From assembly GCA_963666975.2 (NCBI GenBank), contig CAXVYR010000004.1, forward strand, positions 1,184,001 to 1,248,000: a DNA stretch of 64,000 bases, written 5' to 3'. Below, piece after piece: positions 41,697-52,064 of the stretch. Made by a program: the position numbers and the translations under genes. A model generated the notes under the pieces. The model had not been told where the DNA came from, did not search any database, and saw only the letters and a program-made list of their open reading frames with translations. The first letter of the stretch is position 1; each line of letters begins with the position of its first letter. This DNA comes from Terriglobia bacterium (GTDB lineage: Bacteria > Acidobacteriota > Terriglobia > 2-12-FULL-54-10).

Positions 41697-43631
41697 TTAT
41701 TGAGCTATGGTCGTGAGTTGCGCTATGGCGTCTTCATTAATCCATAGATCGCCGGCGGAGGCCATGTTGTCTTTGAGGTTATCTTGATAAGTTTCAAAAG
41801 TGAGTTGCCGTTTTCTTGTCAGTAACCGTTGATGGATCGCCATTGCTTGCTGTTCCAGATCCTCTTCTTTGGCCGGCTCACGAGAGGCTACCTGGTAGAA
41901 AATGTGGCCTCCTCCTGCCAGTACCGGCCCAACCACTTCTCCCACCTCCGCCTTAAACGGCTTCGGCCCCAGCTCGCTCATATTTCCGAAGGAAGGGATG
42001 GCTCCCTGCCGGGTGAGCGGCTCGGTGACCTCGACCGCCAGATCCAACGCGCGGGCAGCCTGTTTGAGATCTCTCTTCTCCAGTTGATCCAGGCGCTCAG
42101 TTAGCTGATCGGCTTTGGTCTGGGCCATTTCCCGAGATTTCACAGAAACATAATTCATCCGGACCTGTTCCTGAACCTCCTCGTATTCCCCCGAATGACC
42201 GGGAAACACGTCCAACAGGAGCGGGACCGCGTACCCGTCCGGACCCTGGATCGGCAAGGCCACCTCGCCCTTTTCCAGCGCAAAAACCTCTTCCATAAAA
42301 GACGGCGAATTCCCGATGCGGGGAAGCGTTTCACCGCGAACAAATGGAGGGGGGGCTAGAACTACTGCGCCATATTGCTCCGCCAAGGACTCGATATCCT
42401 CCGGAGCGCGCCGTAAAGCTGTGGCCGATTGCTCGGCCATCTGGAAAATCCCGGAGTTGACCTTCTCCTCAAGCAGCGCACTCTGTATCTCCACCTTCAC
42501 TTGCTCCAGCGTCCGCAGAAGGGGTTGCTCGTGCGCCATCACCTTGAGAATATGAAACCCGTAAACGGTCTCAATCAAATCACTGAGGGTTCCCGGCTCC
42601 AGGGTGAAGGCCGCATTTTCAAACTCCGGCACAGTCTGCTGCCGGACAATCCATCCCAGATCCCCGCCGTTGGGCGCGGACCCCGGGTCCTCGGAATTTT
42701 CTTCCGCCAGAGCCGCAAAATCAGCCCCTTCTTTCAATTGCTCCAGCAAACCGGAAGCTTTCTTCTGGACCTCCTCCACCTTCTCCGGGGTCTTGTCGGG
42801 AGTTCGCAGAAGGATGTGGCTCACTTGGACGCGCTCCTCGATCCGGTAATTATCCTTATTGCTATCGTAGTATTCTTGAATTTCTTCCTCAGAGACGGTT
42901 GTCGCTTCGCGCAGCTTCTGGTTTTCCACATACAGCATCTGCACGGACCTTTTTTCCGGAACCGGGTAGCTTCCCCGGGTTTCCTCGAAATAAGCTTTTA
43001 GCTCGTCTTCGCTCGTGCTGACCTCGTCCTGGAATGAAGCTGGATTCAGGAAAACATAGTCCAACAGCACTTTCTCATTTTCGTTATGGAAGGTGGCGCT
43101 GACCTCCTCCGGCGTGACGGTGAGCGAGTCGGTCACAACTTGGCGCAGCTTCTCGTTCAGCATAGCATCCCGGTAGCCCTGTTCGAACTGGGCCACGGTC
43201 ATGCCATTTGCCGCAATCATATCTTCATATTGTTGCTGGCCGACAAACTTCCCGTCGGGAAACAAATTGGGGTCCTGCTGCAACCGCGCCTGCCATTCGT
43301 CCCTGCTGACTTCCAACCCCAGCCGCCCGGCCTCCTGGATGGTGACCTTTTCCAGAATCATCCGGTTCAGAATGGAGGAGTAATAGATCGGCATTATCTC
43401 CGGAGGAATGTTGCTCTGGCGGCTGACCTGAAACAGCCTTCGCTGCAAATCCCAGGAAGTGACCTCCTCCCCGCCCACCTCCGCCACCACGGCGTTGGGA
43501 ATGGCGCCCGTAGTGGAGGTGTCCATAATGCCGGGGATCAACGTGATGACCATGGCGACGGCAATCAACACCAGAATCGACCCCACCACGAAGCGGGTGA
43601 CTATGTCCTTGCGCCGAAAGATATTGAGCAT
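41697..43631 (-). CDS. ppiD: PpiD-like membrane-anchored parvulin chaperone
   Basis: N-terminal TM, SurA-N domain, HILL and SEDPGSA.NGGDLGW. Confidence 0.88.
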   Translation of the reverse strand: MLNIFRRKDIVTRFVVGSILVLIAVAMVITLIPGIMDTSTTGAIPNAVVAEVGGEEVTSWDLQRRLFQVSRQSNIPPEIMPIYYSSILNRMILEKVTIQEAGRLGLEVSRDEWQARLQQDPNLFPDGKFVGQQQYEDMIAANGMTVAQFEQGYRDAMLNEKLRQVVTDSLTVTPEEVSATFHNENEKVLLDYVFLNPASFQDEVSTSEDELKAYFEETRGSYPVPEKRSVQMLYVENQKLREATTVSEEEIQEYYDSNKDNYRIEERVQVSHILLRTPDKTPEKVEEVQKKASGLLEQLKEGADFAALAEENSEDPGSAPNGGDLGWIVRQQTVPEFENAAFTLEPGTLSDLIETVYGFHILKVMAHEQPLLRTLEQVKVEIQSALLEEKVNSGIFQMAEQSATALRRAPEDIESLAEQYGAVVLAPPPFVRGETLPRIGNSPSFMEEVFALEKGEVALPIQGPDGYAVPLLLDVFPGHSGEYEEVQEQVRMNYVSVKSREMAQTKADQLTERLDQLEKRDLKQAARALDLAVEVTEPLTRQGAIPSFGNMSELGPKPFKAEVGEVVGPVLAGGGHIFYQVASREPAKEEDLEQQAMAIHQRLLTRKRQLTFETYQDNLKDNMASAGDLWINEDAIAQLTTIAQ

Positions 43632-43844
43632 CGCTATACCTTTTCTGTGTGCCTTTTTCTTTTATGGAACCGGGCTCATTCGCTTTGACGACCCCACATG
43701 CATTGTCTGTTGGCTCCGCGCTGATCGCGGATGGCGCCCTCTTGCCTGTGGAGAGAATATCACCCTGAAATATTATAACCCCTTCCGCTACCCGCCGCCA
43801 ATTCTGATCCGCCCATCCTCTCCAGTGGGATGGAATTCTTCCCG

Positions 43845-43888
43845 GTTACTACGATGTTACTGCGATGTTACTGCGATGTTACTGCGAT
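43845..43888. repeat. 11-bp tandem repeat x4 (GTTACTRCGAT) over the HAD gene stop
   Basis: gttactacgat gttactgcgat gttactgcgat gttactgcgat. Confidence 0.85.
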
Positions 43889-44499
43889 TCGACCTCCACG
43901 CCGTTGCGCAGAAGCTCATTCCGCAACTGTGCGGTGTTCTGATAGTGGATTGTGCGCATGCCTAAAAGTTGCGCACACTCCAGGTTGAGTGGGCGGTCAT
44001 CAATCAACAGGCTCTCCTCCGGAGGACGCTGCGTAATCTGCAATGCCCGGCGATAGATGGCGCAATCCGGCTTTCTCACGCCTAGAAAACAAGAACTGAA
44101 AAAGGCGCTGAAGTATTTGCGCAGGCGGAAGTGCTCGATGCGATACAGGTTCAACTCCAGCGACTCGTTATTCAGCGTGGCCATCCGGTACTTCCCGGAA
44201 CCGGCCAGCCGCTCCACAATGGCCAGCGTATCCGGTCGGGGCTGAGATTGAGCGAACAGGAAGGCTTTGAATTCGTCCCTGGAAAAAGGCCGCGCCCGGC
44301 AGAATATGGTCCGGTCCAGATATTGTTCCAGCGTGAGACGGCCCGTCTCAAAGTCCGCGCTGAGCATTTCGTGCCTGTTCTGGAAGTCTTCCCAGTCCAG
44401 ATGAAACCGCTCGGCGGCACGGTGGCGACCCTCGCGGTCCCAGCCGTTGGTCAGCATCACACCGCCCACATCCCAAAAGAGCGCACTAATTTCAGCCAT
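43879..44499 (-). CDS. HAD-superfamily phosphatase
   Basis: WDVGGV, LNN, KP and IDD motifs; overlaps the pgi stop. Confidence 0.88.
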   Translation of the reverse strand: MAEISALFWDVGGVMLTNGWDREGRHRAAERFHLDWEDFQNRHEMLSADFETGRLTLEQYLDRTIFCRARPFSRDEFKAFLFAQSQPRPDTLAIVERLAGSGKYRMATLNNESLELNLYRIEHFRLRKYFSAFFSSCFLGVRKPDCAIYRRALQITQRPPEESLLIDDRPLNLECAQLLGMRTIHYQNTAQLRNELLRNGVEVESQ

Positions 44500-46261
44500 C
44501 GAGCGCCGCCAGGAGCCCTCTGAGTCCAGCCGGAACGTTGTTCCCCAAGCTAACTTGCAACACGCGGCGGCCTCGCTGCCGCAAGGCCTGGAAGTCTCCC
44601 AGAGCCTGGGCACGGATGAGCGCGCCGAAGGAGTAGGTCGTTTCCGGCACGGGCAGATCAGAGGCCGGTTCGTCCACCAGTTGCAGAAAAAGGCCTGTAT
44701 TCGGCCCGCCCTTGTGAAGCTGGCCTGTGGAGTGCAGAAAACGGGGCCCGAACCCCACCGTGGTCGCCAGATGCAGGCGATCCCGGAGCCTCACGCGAAG
44801 CTTTTGCAGGACGGCGGCCGTTCCCGCCGCAGGAGCCACGTAGGCATGAATGGCAAGGTAGTCGCCCGATTGAGCTTCCTTCAACCAGGACCCCAGCGCC
44901 TCTTTGATCTCCTCGCCGCGCTCCACCGACAGTTCCCTGACTCGTTCATCCCCCAATCCCTTGGCTCGTCCGCTTTTCGCGGCCATGGCCTCGCGGGCCA
45001 ATTCCTTGGCCAACTGCACATCGGGCTGGTTGAAGGGGTGGATTCCCAAAACCGCGCCTGCTGCCGCAACCGCCACCTCCCATCGGAAAAACTCCTGACC
45101 CAGATCTTCTTTTTCCGATAAATTGATGCGGACCACGGGATGGCCGGCAGCCTCCAACGCAGCAGTTCGAGTCTCCAGCGCCGCGTTCTCCTCCCCCCGC
45201 ATACACAGGCGGACGAAGAGGCGGTCCGTTCCGTACGTTTCCGGCGCACCAAGCGGTTCACCGACTACCGGGATGATTCCCTTGCCGTCTTTGCCGGTGC
45301 TTTCCGCGACGAGCTGTTCGATCCAGTGGGGCAAGGCATCGAGCGAGGGAGATGCCAGCAAGGTCAGCTTGTCTTGTCCGCCGCGAGCCGCTTCCCCCAA
45401 AGCGGCGCCCAGCGCCAGTCCTGGATTCTCCGCCAGTCCTGATTTCTCCGCTAGTGCTGAATTCTCATGGGCAGGCGGTGACGAGCACGCACCGGCCATT
45501 TGCCCGGCCCGTTCCAGCAATCGGCGCACATCAACCCCTACGAGCGCCGCCGGGACGAGACCAAAAACAGTAAGAGCCGAATAGCGTCCCCCGACATCCT
45601 CCGGCGCGGAAAAGACCCGCCGAAAGCTCCGCTCGCTTGCCAGCTTCTCCAGAGGCGTTCCCGGGTCGGTGATGGCGACGAAGTGCCTGCCCGGCGCGCC
45701 TGTCTTTTCTCCCGACCCTGTTTGGCTCAACCGTTGCCAGAAGTAATGAAAGAAGGAGAGAGTCTCGGTAGTCGTGCCCGACTTGCTGGAAACCAGAAAC
45801 AGTGTGTGGGGAAGATCGACCGCGGCCTCGACCGCACGAACCGACTCCGGGTGCGTGCTGTCCAGCACCCTCAGCTCCGGATACCCGCGAGCATTTCCAA
45901 AAGTTCGCTGGAACACCTCCGGAGCCAGGCTCGATCCGCCCATTCCGAGCAGCACTACATGGCTTATACCTTCAGCCTTTGCGCTCTCTGTCAAGGCCGC
46001 AATGTCGTCCAACTGTCCGCGCATGGTCTCCGGCAGGGCAAGCCAGCCCAGCCTGTCGGCGAGCTCCGGGGCAGGCTGCGGTGACCAGAGAGTGTGGTCC
46101 TTCTTCCAGAGCCGCAAGGCAAACTTCTCCGCCTGCCAGCGTTGCAAGATTGCCTCCACGCCGGGTTGCAGTTTCCCCAGGCTGAAGCTCTGGCTGGACG
46201 CGCTGCTTTGGGGGGTGGCCATGCTTTTCTCCTCCAGTTCGGACTCAGTCGGTATGCTCAT
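44492..46261 (-). CDS. pgi: Glucose-6-phosphate isomerase (Tal-Pgi-type PGI domain)
   Basis: GMGGS, SSKSGTT.E, GGRYS, EQL.AESTGK and PF.QPDV motifs. Confidence 0.88.
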   Translation of the reverse strand: MSIPTESELEEKSMATPQSSASSQSFSLGKLQPGVEAILQRWQAEKFALRLWKKDHTLWSPQPAPELADRLGWLALPETMRGQLDDIAALTESAKAEGISHVVLLGMGGSSLAPEVFQRTFGNARGYPELRVLDSTHPESVRAVEAAVDLPHTLFLVSSKSGTTTETLSFFHYFWQRLSQTGSGEKTGAPGRHFVAITDPGTPLEKLASERSFRRVFSAPEDVGGRYSALTVFGLVPAALVGVDVRRLLERAGQMAGACSSPPAHENSALAEKSGLAENPGLALGAALGEAARGGQDKLTLLASPSLDALPHWIEQLVAESTGKDGKGIIPVVGEPLGAPETYGTDRLFVRLCMRGEENAALETRTAALEAAGHPVVRINLSEKEDLGQEFFRWEVAVAAAGAVLGIHPFNQPDVQLAKELAREAMAAKSGRAKGLGDERVRELSVERGEEIKEALGSWLKEAQSGDYLAIHAYVAPAAGTAAVLQKLRVRLRDRLHLATTVGFGPRFLHSTGQLHKGGPNTGLFLQLVDEPASDLPVPETTYSFGALIRAQALGDFQALRQRGRRVLQVSLGNNVPAGLRGLLAALDG

Positions 46262-46432
46262 AGTCTACCTCGCGAACCGCGCCCGTGCCTACCCGGAGTC
46301 TTACGCTCTGAACAATGCGGAACCCAGCGACAGAATCGACGCCACTCCGGACCGTCCTCAACAATTCCCTGCATTTGCTCCTTGCATTTGCAACCGAAGC
46401 AGGGTAGAAATTGCGAACAAGGAGATGCACGA

Positions 46433-46975
46433 ATGAAGCAGACACTTTACTGGGAGACGTTCGACTCGCCGCTCGGAAAGATCATGGTTTGCTGCTCCGG
46501 CCAGGGACTGCGCGAGCTGTCGCTGGGCTCCCGGCAGAAACTGCGAGGCCGCCGGAATGGCGCGCACCGCCTGGCTGGAAGTGCCGAGGAGCAGCGGCTC
46601 CGCGCCAGCCGTTTCAATAAAGAAAATGGGGCACTCCTCGCTCGCCGCGCCGTCGCCGAACTGAAGGAGTATGCGGCTGGACGCCGGAAACGGTTTACAG
46701 TGCCTCTGGACCTCCAGGGCACCCCCTTCCAGATGAAGGTCTGGCGGGCTCTGCTTAAGATTCCTTACGGGAAGACGCGCTCCTATCAGCAGATCGCCAG
46801 AGCGGCGGGCAATCCCCGTGCTTCCCGCGCCGTCGGCATGGCAAACCACTACAACCCGGTGGCGATCATCGTTCCCTGTCATCGCGTCATCGCCAGCGAT
46901 GGGTCGCTGGGAGGCTATGCCGGAGGTTTGAAAAGGAAAATGCGGATATTGCGGTTGGAACGGGCGGGTTCGTAG
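46433..46975 (+). CDS. ogt: Methylated-DNA--protein-cysteine methyltransferase
   Basis: GTPFQ..VW, RAVG.A and PCHRV motifs. Confidence 0.92.
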   Translation: MKQTLYWETFDSPLGKIMVCCSGQGLRELSLGSRQKLRGRRNGAHRLAGSAEEQRLRASRFNKENGALLARRAVAELKEYAAGRRKRFTVPLDLQGTPFQMKVWRALLKIPYGKTRSYQQIARAAGNPRASRAVGMANHYNPVAIIVPCHRVIASDGSLGGYAGGLKRKMRILRLERAGS

Positions 46976-47139
46976 CGCCCCGCCGCCAGGAACAACAGGA
47001 GGGTCGGTACATAGTTCAGTCCTGGTTCAGTCCTTCCTGCCCTGCTCGGAATGCAGCGCGGGAAACAAACCACCTGAAGTCGCTGGCGGGGCCAAAACGA
47101 GCCGCCAAGCCACTCCAAAACAGGCCTTTTCGATTCTAC

Positions 47140-47168
47140 TTGACACCGGGGGGGGGCTGGAGCATATT
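47140..47168 (+). promoter_or_regulatory. Putative sigma70 promoter with a G9 tract in the spacer
   Basis: TTGACA-ccGGGGGGGGGctggag(17 nt)-CATATT. Confidence 0.45.
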
Positions 47169-47377
47169 TTTTGGCGAAGGGAAAGGTCAATATCGGAAAT
47201 TCCGATCAAGAGGAAGAATGGTGTTCACAAAGACTCATCGCAAGAGCTTCTGAAGCCAATTCTTTTTGTTTCTGCCCTTGACTGGAGAGGGCTATCCCGC
47301 AGCACAAGGCGCACCAAAAGTCTTTTAACTCTCATTAATTAGAACGGTTTCAATAAGTTATCTGGAGGGGCGGAAGC

Positions 47378-49270
47378 ATGAAAAGAAAAGGGACCTATAC
47401 ATTGCTGCTATTAGGTGGGCTGTTGTGGTGGAGCAGTTTGCTGTGGGCTCAACAACAAACACCGGACACCATCCTGTACAACGGAAAGCTGGTAACGGTG
47501 AATGACCACGGGATCAATGGGAACTTGGGCACAATTGCCGAAGCTATTGCGATTCGAGGGGATTCGATTCTGGCCGTTGGTAGCAATGCGCAGATTCGCG
47601 CCCTGGCCGGTTCGAACACGAAGAGTATTGACTTGAGGGGCCGGATGGTAATCCCAGGCCTGGCGATCACCCATGATCATCCGCAAGATTGGGACCCGCT
47701 AAATCCGTACATCGTCCGAAAGGTGGTAAATGACGATATACATATTGAGCGGTTCTTGTGGGAAGAACCGCCGGAGCAGCAGGTGCTAATGCTACCGCGA
47801 TTGTTGGAGGAATCAGTCAGGGCAGCTAAGCCCGGGCAATGGATTCGGATCAGCATGCTGTATGGAAAACAATACAAGGGACGAGAGGTAATTCAAGGGT
47901 CCTTTGGAAGACAGCTCACCAAGCAGATGCTGGACTTGATCGCTCCGAATAACCCGGTACTGATTCGCGCCGGTTTCGTGGGGACACTGGTGAATCAAAA
48001 GGCCATCGAGGTGGTCTACGACTACTGGAGAGAATGGGGGATAACAGAAGAGAGCCACTTGGCAAGTCTACTTGGAGGAGACCCGCAAACAGGAGTCGGC
48101 AGTACGAATTACCGCAAAATCGAGCGGAATATACTATATTCCCCGGACGTATTGAAGGAGATTCTCCGTCTGGGCGGATCCTGGTGGGCAGGTTACGGAA
48201 TCACGCTGAATTCCACGGCCATGTATACAGGAGGTGCGCTGACTGCGTATAACGAACTTGACCAAAAGGGACAATTAGAGATCCGAATCCCCTGGACGTG
48301 GAGAGTTACGGAGGGAAGCCTGCCCGATCAACCTATGACGTCGAATACCTACAATCTCCTTCTTGTGAACGCGATGATGGGCAAAGGGTCTGATCACCTG
48401 TGGCTCGCAGGGGGTTGGCCGCCTGGAGTGGGAAGCAGATGTATTTCAGTGCCGGGAATTACTCCAGAAGCGCAACAGTTTGTTAAGGATACTCCTTGTG
48501 AGCTGGATCCGGTCACGGGAACGCGGAACAGGCAGGCATTGTACAACTATATAAGGGCCGGGGGAAGATTGACTGGTGCTCACACAGATGGCGACAAAAA
48601 CATGGATTACTTGTTGGAAATCGTTGAGCGGGCAAGTAAAGATGCCGGGATGACGCTGGATCAGATTCGGGCCAAACGGCATACGTGGGACCATCTGGCG
48701 TATAACCCACGTCCGGACCAGATTCCGCAGATTAAGAATCTCGGGTTCATGTTAGGTGGCTGGGACATGTATGTATGGGAAGGAAGAGCGCACCAGGTAC
48801 TGCTGGATTTCGGCGAAGAGGCAGCTCAATGGGTGGTTCCGCGGAAAAATTTGCTCGAGGCTGGTGTGAGGCAAAGCGTTGAAATCGATCGGCCTCTTGG
48901 ATACACAGACTTGACCTTTTTCACTGTTCTCTATGCGGGCATTACCCGAAAGGATCAGGAGGGAAGAGTGAATGCTCCTCAGCAGGCTGTCAGTCGGGAG
49001 GTCATGCTAAAATCGGCCACCCTGAATGGAGCCTATTACATGCTGCGGGAAGAAAAGTTGGGATCGCTGGAACCAGGAAAGCTTGCTGACCTGGCTGTCT
49101 TGGATAGGGATTATCTGACCATTCCGGTGGATGACATTCCAAACATCCGAGTATTGATGACTATGCTTGGAGGCAAGGTAGTGCACTTGGTCCCGTCGCT
49201 GGCCCGGGAAACCGGGATGCAACCCGCTGGATCCCAGGTTACCTTGGGTGGCCCGGCTGCACAATGGTAG
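47378..49270 (+). CDS. Secreted amidohydrolase_3 (YtcJ-like) protein
   Basis: Signal peptide; IPG...THDH, HTDGD and GSLEPGKLAD. Confidence 0.88.
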   Translation: MKRKGTYTLLLLGGLLWWSSLLWAQQQTPDTILYNGKLVTVNDHGINGNLGTIAEAIAIRGDSILAVGSNAQIRALAGSNTKSIDLRGRMVIPGLAITHDHPQDWDPLNPYIVRKVVNDDIHIERFLWEEPPEQQVLMLPRLLEESVRAAKPGQWIRISMLYGKQYKGREVIQGSFGRQLTKQMLDLIAPNNPVLIRAGFVGTLVNQKAIEVVYDYWREWGITEESHLASLLGGDPQTGVGSTNYRKIERNILYSPDVLKEILRLGGSWWAGYGITLNSTAMYTGGALTAYNELDQKGQLEIRIPWTWRVTEGSLPDQPMTSNTYNLLLVNAMMGKGSDHLWLAGGWPPGVGSRCISVPGITPEAQQFVKDTPCELDPVTGTRNRQALYNYIRAGGRLTGAHTDGDKNMDYLLEIVERASKDAGMTLDQIRAKRHTWDHLAYNPRPDQIPQIKNLGFMLGGWDMYVWEGRAHQVLLDFGEEAAQWVVPRKNLLEAGVRQSVEIDRPLGYTDLTFFTVLYAGITRKDQEGRVNAPQQAVSREVMLKSATLNGAYYMLREEKLGSLEPGKLADLAVLDRDYLTIPVDDIPNIRVLMTMLGGKVVHLVPSLARETGMQPAGSQVTLGGPAAQW

Positions 49271-49505
49271 TTTGCCATTAAACTGTTCCTCACGTAACGT
49301 TCCCTTTTGACGCGAATTCCGGCCTCGCGGAGGAGAATCTCCGCCACTTCGCCCCTCTTTTCCCCCCAGGCTCCCATGTTCTCTAACGGTCTCCTAAGCC
49401 ACCTGTTACTCCAGGTTTGATGCTGATAGGATTGGAAAATTACTGGATTGCAGTGGCCGGTCGTCAACCTCGATTTTCAGTTTTGTAATTGAAAGGGGCC
49501 AGATC

Positions 49506-51363
49506 ATGCGAAAGCTAACGGTAGCCTCTCTGTTCGTCGCTGCTGGGGTTCTTCTCCTCACGCTACTCATGAGGCCCAATTCGGGATTCACCCAAGGACC
49601 GGCGCAGGATCTACTAACGGTGATCGAGGGAGCCACTTTGATCGACGGCGTAATATGACGGCACGGGCGCGTCCCCTCTTGCGGATTCCGTGGTGGTGAT
49701 TGCGGGCGACAGGATTCAAGCTGTGGGCGAAAGAGGCTCTGTGCCATACCCGCAAGGGGCCAAGATTATCGATGCTCGGGGCGAATATGTGCTGCCCGGC
49801 TTGATCGACGGCCATGTGCACGGAATGGAATGGGCTCTGGAACTGCTCCTGGCACATGGGGTAACGACGATCATCGAGCCGGGGGGAGGCAGTGAATGGT
49901 CCTTGGCCCTGAGAGATGGCATTGCGAAGGGAAGAATCCGAGGACCTAGAATTTTTTCTGGCGCTGGACTCATCCGCGGACCTGTCAATCCCGATGATCC
50001 GTTCTTCCATCTAGACGATCCATACTACTTCAAGGAAAACCCGAACTCCACCACGCCTCAAAGCAAGGTCCCCAGCGTTGAGGAAGCAATGCAAATTGTC
50101 GAGAGAGGGGCGAGGCTTGGCCTGAAATGGATCAAGGTATACGACGGCGCCACTCCAATGATAAAAGCTATTTTCGGAGTCGCAGACCGTCATGGGATGC
50201 GAAAAATTGGCCACACAAGAAATGCTCGCGAGGCCGTCGCCTTTGGGTACGATATGATCGTTCACACCAAGGGCATTGCCCGAGGAACCATCAAGGATCC
50301 GGAGGTGCTTCGCCGTGTCGACAATGCGGCTGATCTCAATGCCTATATGGACTTCCAAGAGGCAGACCGGCTGATTGCGGATATGGTTGCAGATGGAATC
50401 TTTCTAAATCCTACCCTGAGATCGGAGTGGGGCTGGGCCTGGAAAGAGAAGTTCCAGAAGGAAGACTTTGACCTATTGTTCAACAATCCAGGGCTCACCT
50501 ATATCCCACTGGGTATTCGTATGTCCATTGTGAATGAGTACAATCAGTTGTCCATCTATTGGGCGCGGAGTTACAAGCCATTCGCGGAATTCTCCCCTTC
50601 CGAGCAGGAGATGAAGCGGAAAGCTCTCAAAAACATCCTCGAATTTGTTAAGAGATTTGTTGACGCGGGGGGTAAGATCGTTTCGGGAACCGATACATTA
50701 TCCACGTATGGCTTAAGTCTGCACCAGGAACTTCAGATACTAGTCGAGGAGGTTGGTTTGTCGCCCATGCAGGCGATCTTGACTGTTACTAAGTATCCTG
50801 TGGAGTTTTTGCGCGTGGAGGATCGGCTTGGATCAATCGAGACGGGCAAGCTGGCCGACCTGCTCATTGTTGAGGACAATCCGTTGCAAGATATCCGAAA
50901 CTTGCGCAAGGTAAAGATGGTTTTTAAGGAAGGCAAGGTCATGGATATCAGTTACCATCCGGACTACGTCATCCCTTTTCCTGCTACCAGGCCGATGCTG
51001 AGCTCGAGCCATAGCTTTCCCATGCCATTGATCAAAAGCCTCTCTCCCGAAGTTGTAACGGAAGGTGGCGGCCCGCTGGAACTGACTATCAATGGAACGG
51101 GGTTGATCCCTCAGTCGGTCGTACACTTTAAGGGCGTGCCGGTGCCCACCCAGTTTATTAACCAGTTTATTAACCTGTTTCAACTGAAAGCGAGGATTCC
51201 CGCAGATTTGCTGGAAAAGGGAGGGGTCTTCCCGGTGGAAGTCGTCAACCCGTCGCCTGCCGGAAGTACCACCCATGCCGTTGGGGCGGAAGAGATCCGG
51301 CTCCTTGGTTTGTTACGAGGAGAGAAATCGAATGAGCTCGGGTTAATTGTGAAATTCAATTAA
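49506..51363 (+). pseudogene. Secreted amidohydrolase with C-terminal Ig/IPT-like domain, frameshifted by a 13-nt insertion
   Basis: MRKLTVA...IEGATLIDG joins TGASPLADSVVVI if 13 nt (49650-49662) are removed; IDGHVH and SGTD motifs. Confidence 0.82.
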
Positions 51364-51428
51364 GAGCACCCCCGCCCGAACCATGTGTTTGAGGTAGTCC
51401 GCTTCTGGGAACACTGTCGCGAGCGGAG

Positions 51429-51580
51429 CTAGAACATTTCTCCCGATAGTGTATAGGAGGAATGTAGCACCGCCATCCCCTCGGCTGGCTCGGGGCAAGC
51501 TCTGGCGGCCCAATGGGCCAGCGAGGACGCTGGCGCTACGTGGCTGCCGAAACTCTACACCTACGGGAGAAATGCCCTAG
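51429..51580. mobile_element. IS630-type MITE (152 bp)
   Basis: CTAGAACATTTCTCCCGATAGTGTA ... TACACCTACGGGAGAAATGCCCTAG; resembles the IS630 end at 55200. Confidence 0.7.
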
Positions 51581-52064
51581 CTCCTGAAAGGTTCTCCGCC
51601 AAGAACGGCTATTCCCGCCAACTGTCGGCAGCGGTCCAGCCACCGTTGAACTCGCCTGTCAAATGGTCGAGGATCGCCGCAGAAGCAATTCTATGAAACA
51701 TGCAGGGTTTACCTCAGATTTGGCAGATCGGTCCTGCCTAGTCTCCTAGCGTTTACCTATCCGGCGGGCAGGATTAGTAAATATAACGCCGTTACTCAAG
51801 ATCTATCCTGGCGACTGCCGTCCTCCCCACACTTCCCACAACGCGACTTATGGGGAGTAATCCGGGACTTGTCCGCCTCGACCGCACTCGGCGTCCGGCT
51901 ATAAGCCCAGTAAACCCTGTCTCCAATTGCTTTCCCGTCTCACCTCATGTAACCTTTCCCAATAATCTCAATTTGACGGGGTTAAAACGTGCCCATATCC
52001 CCAAGTGCCCGTCTTGGCTCATACGAGGTCCTCAGCCCGCTAGGTGCGGGTTGGATACAGTACC

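Noticed and set aside
49266-49410. Possible IS end after the first amidohydrolase (GGTAGTTTGCCATTAAACTG)
   Set aside because: No partner repeat or recognisable transposase motif could be established
49656-49658. TGA after the amidohydrolase signal region as a third Sec codon
   Set aside because: The downstream coding sequence is in another frame, the TGA is part of a 13-nt insertion, and the position is not a Cys site
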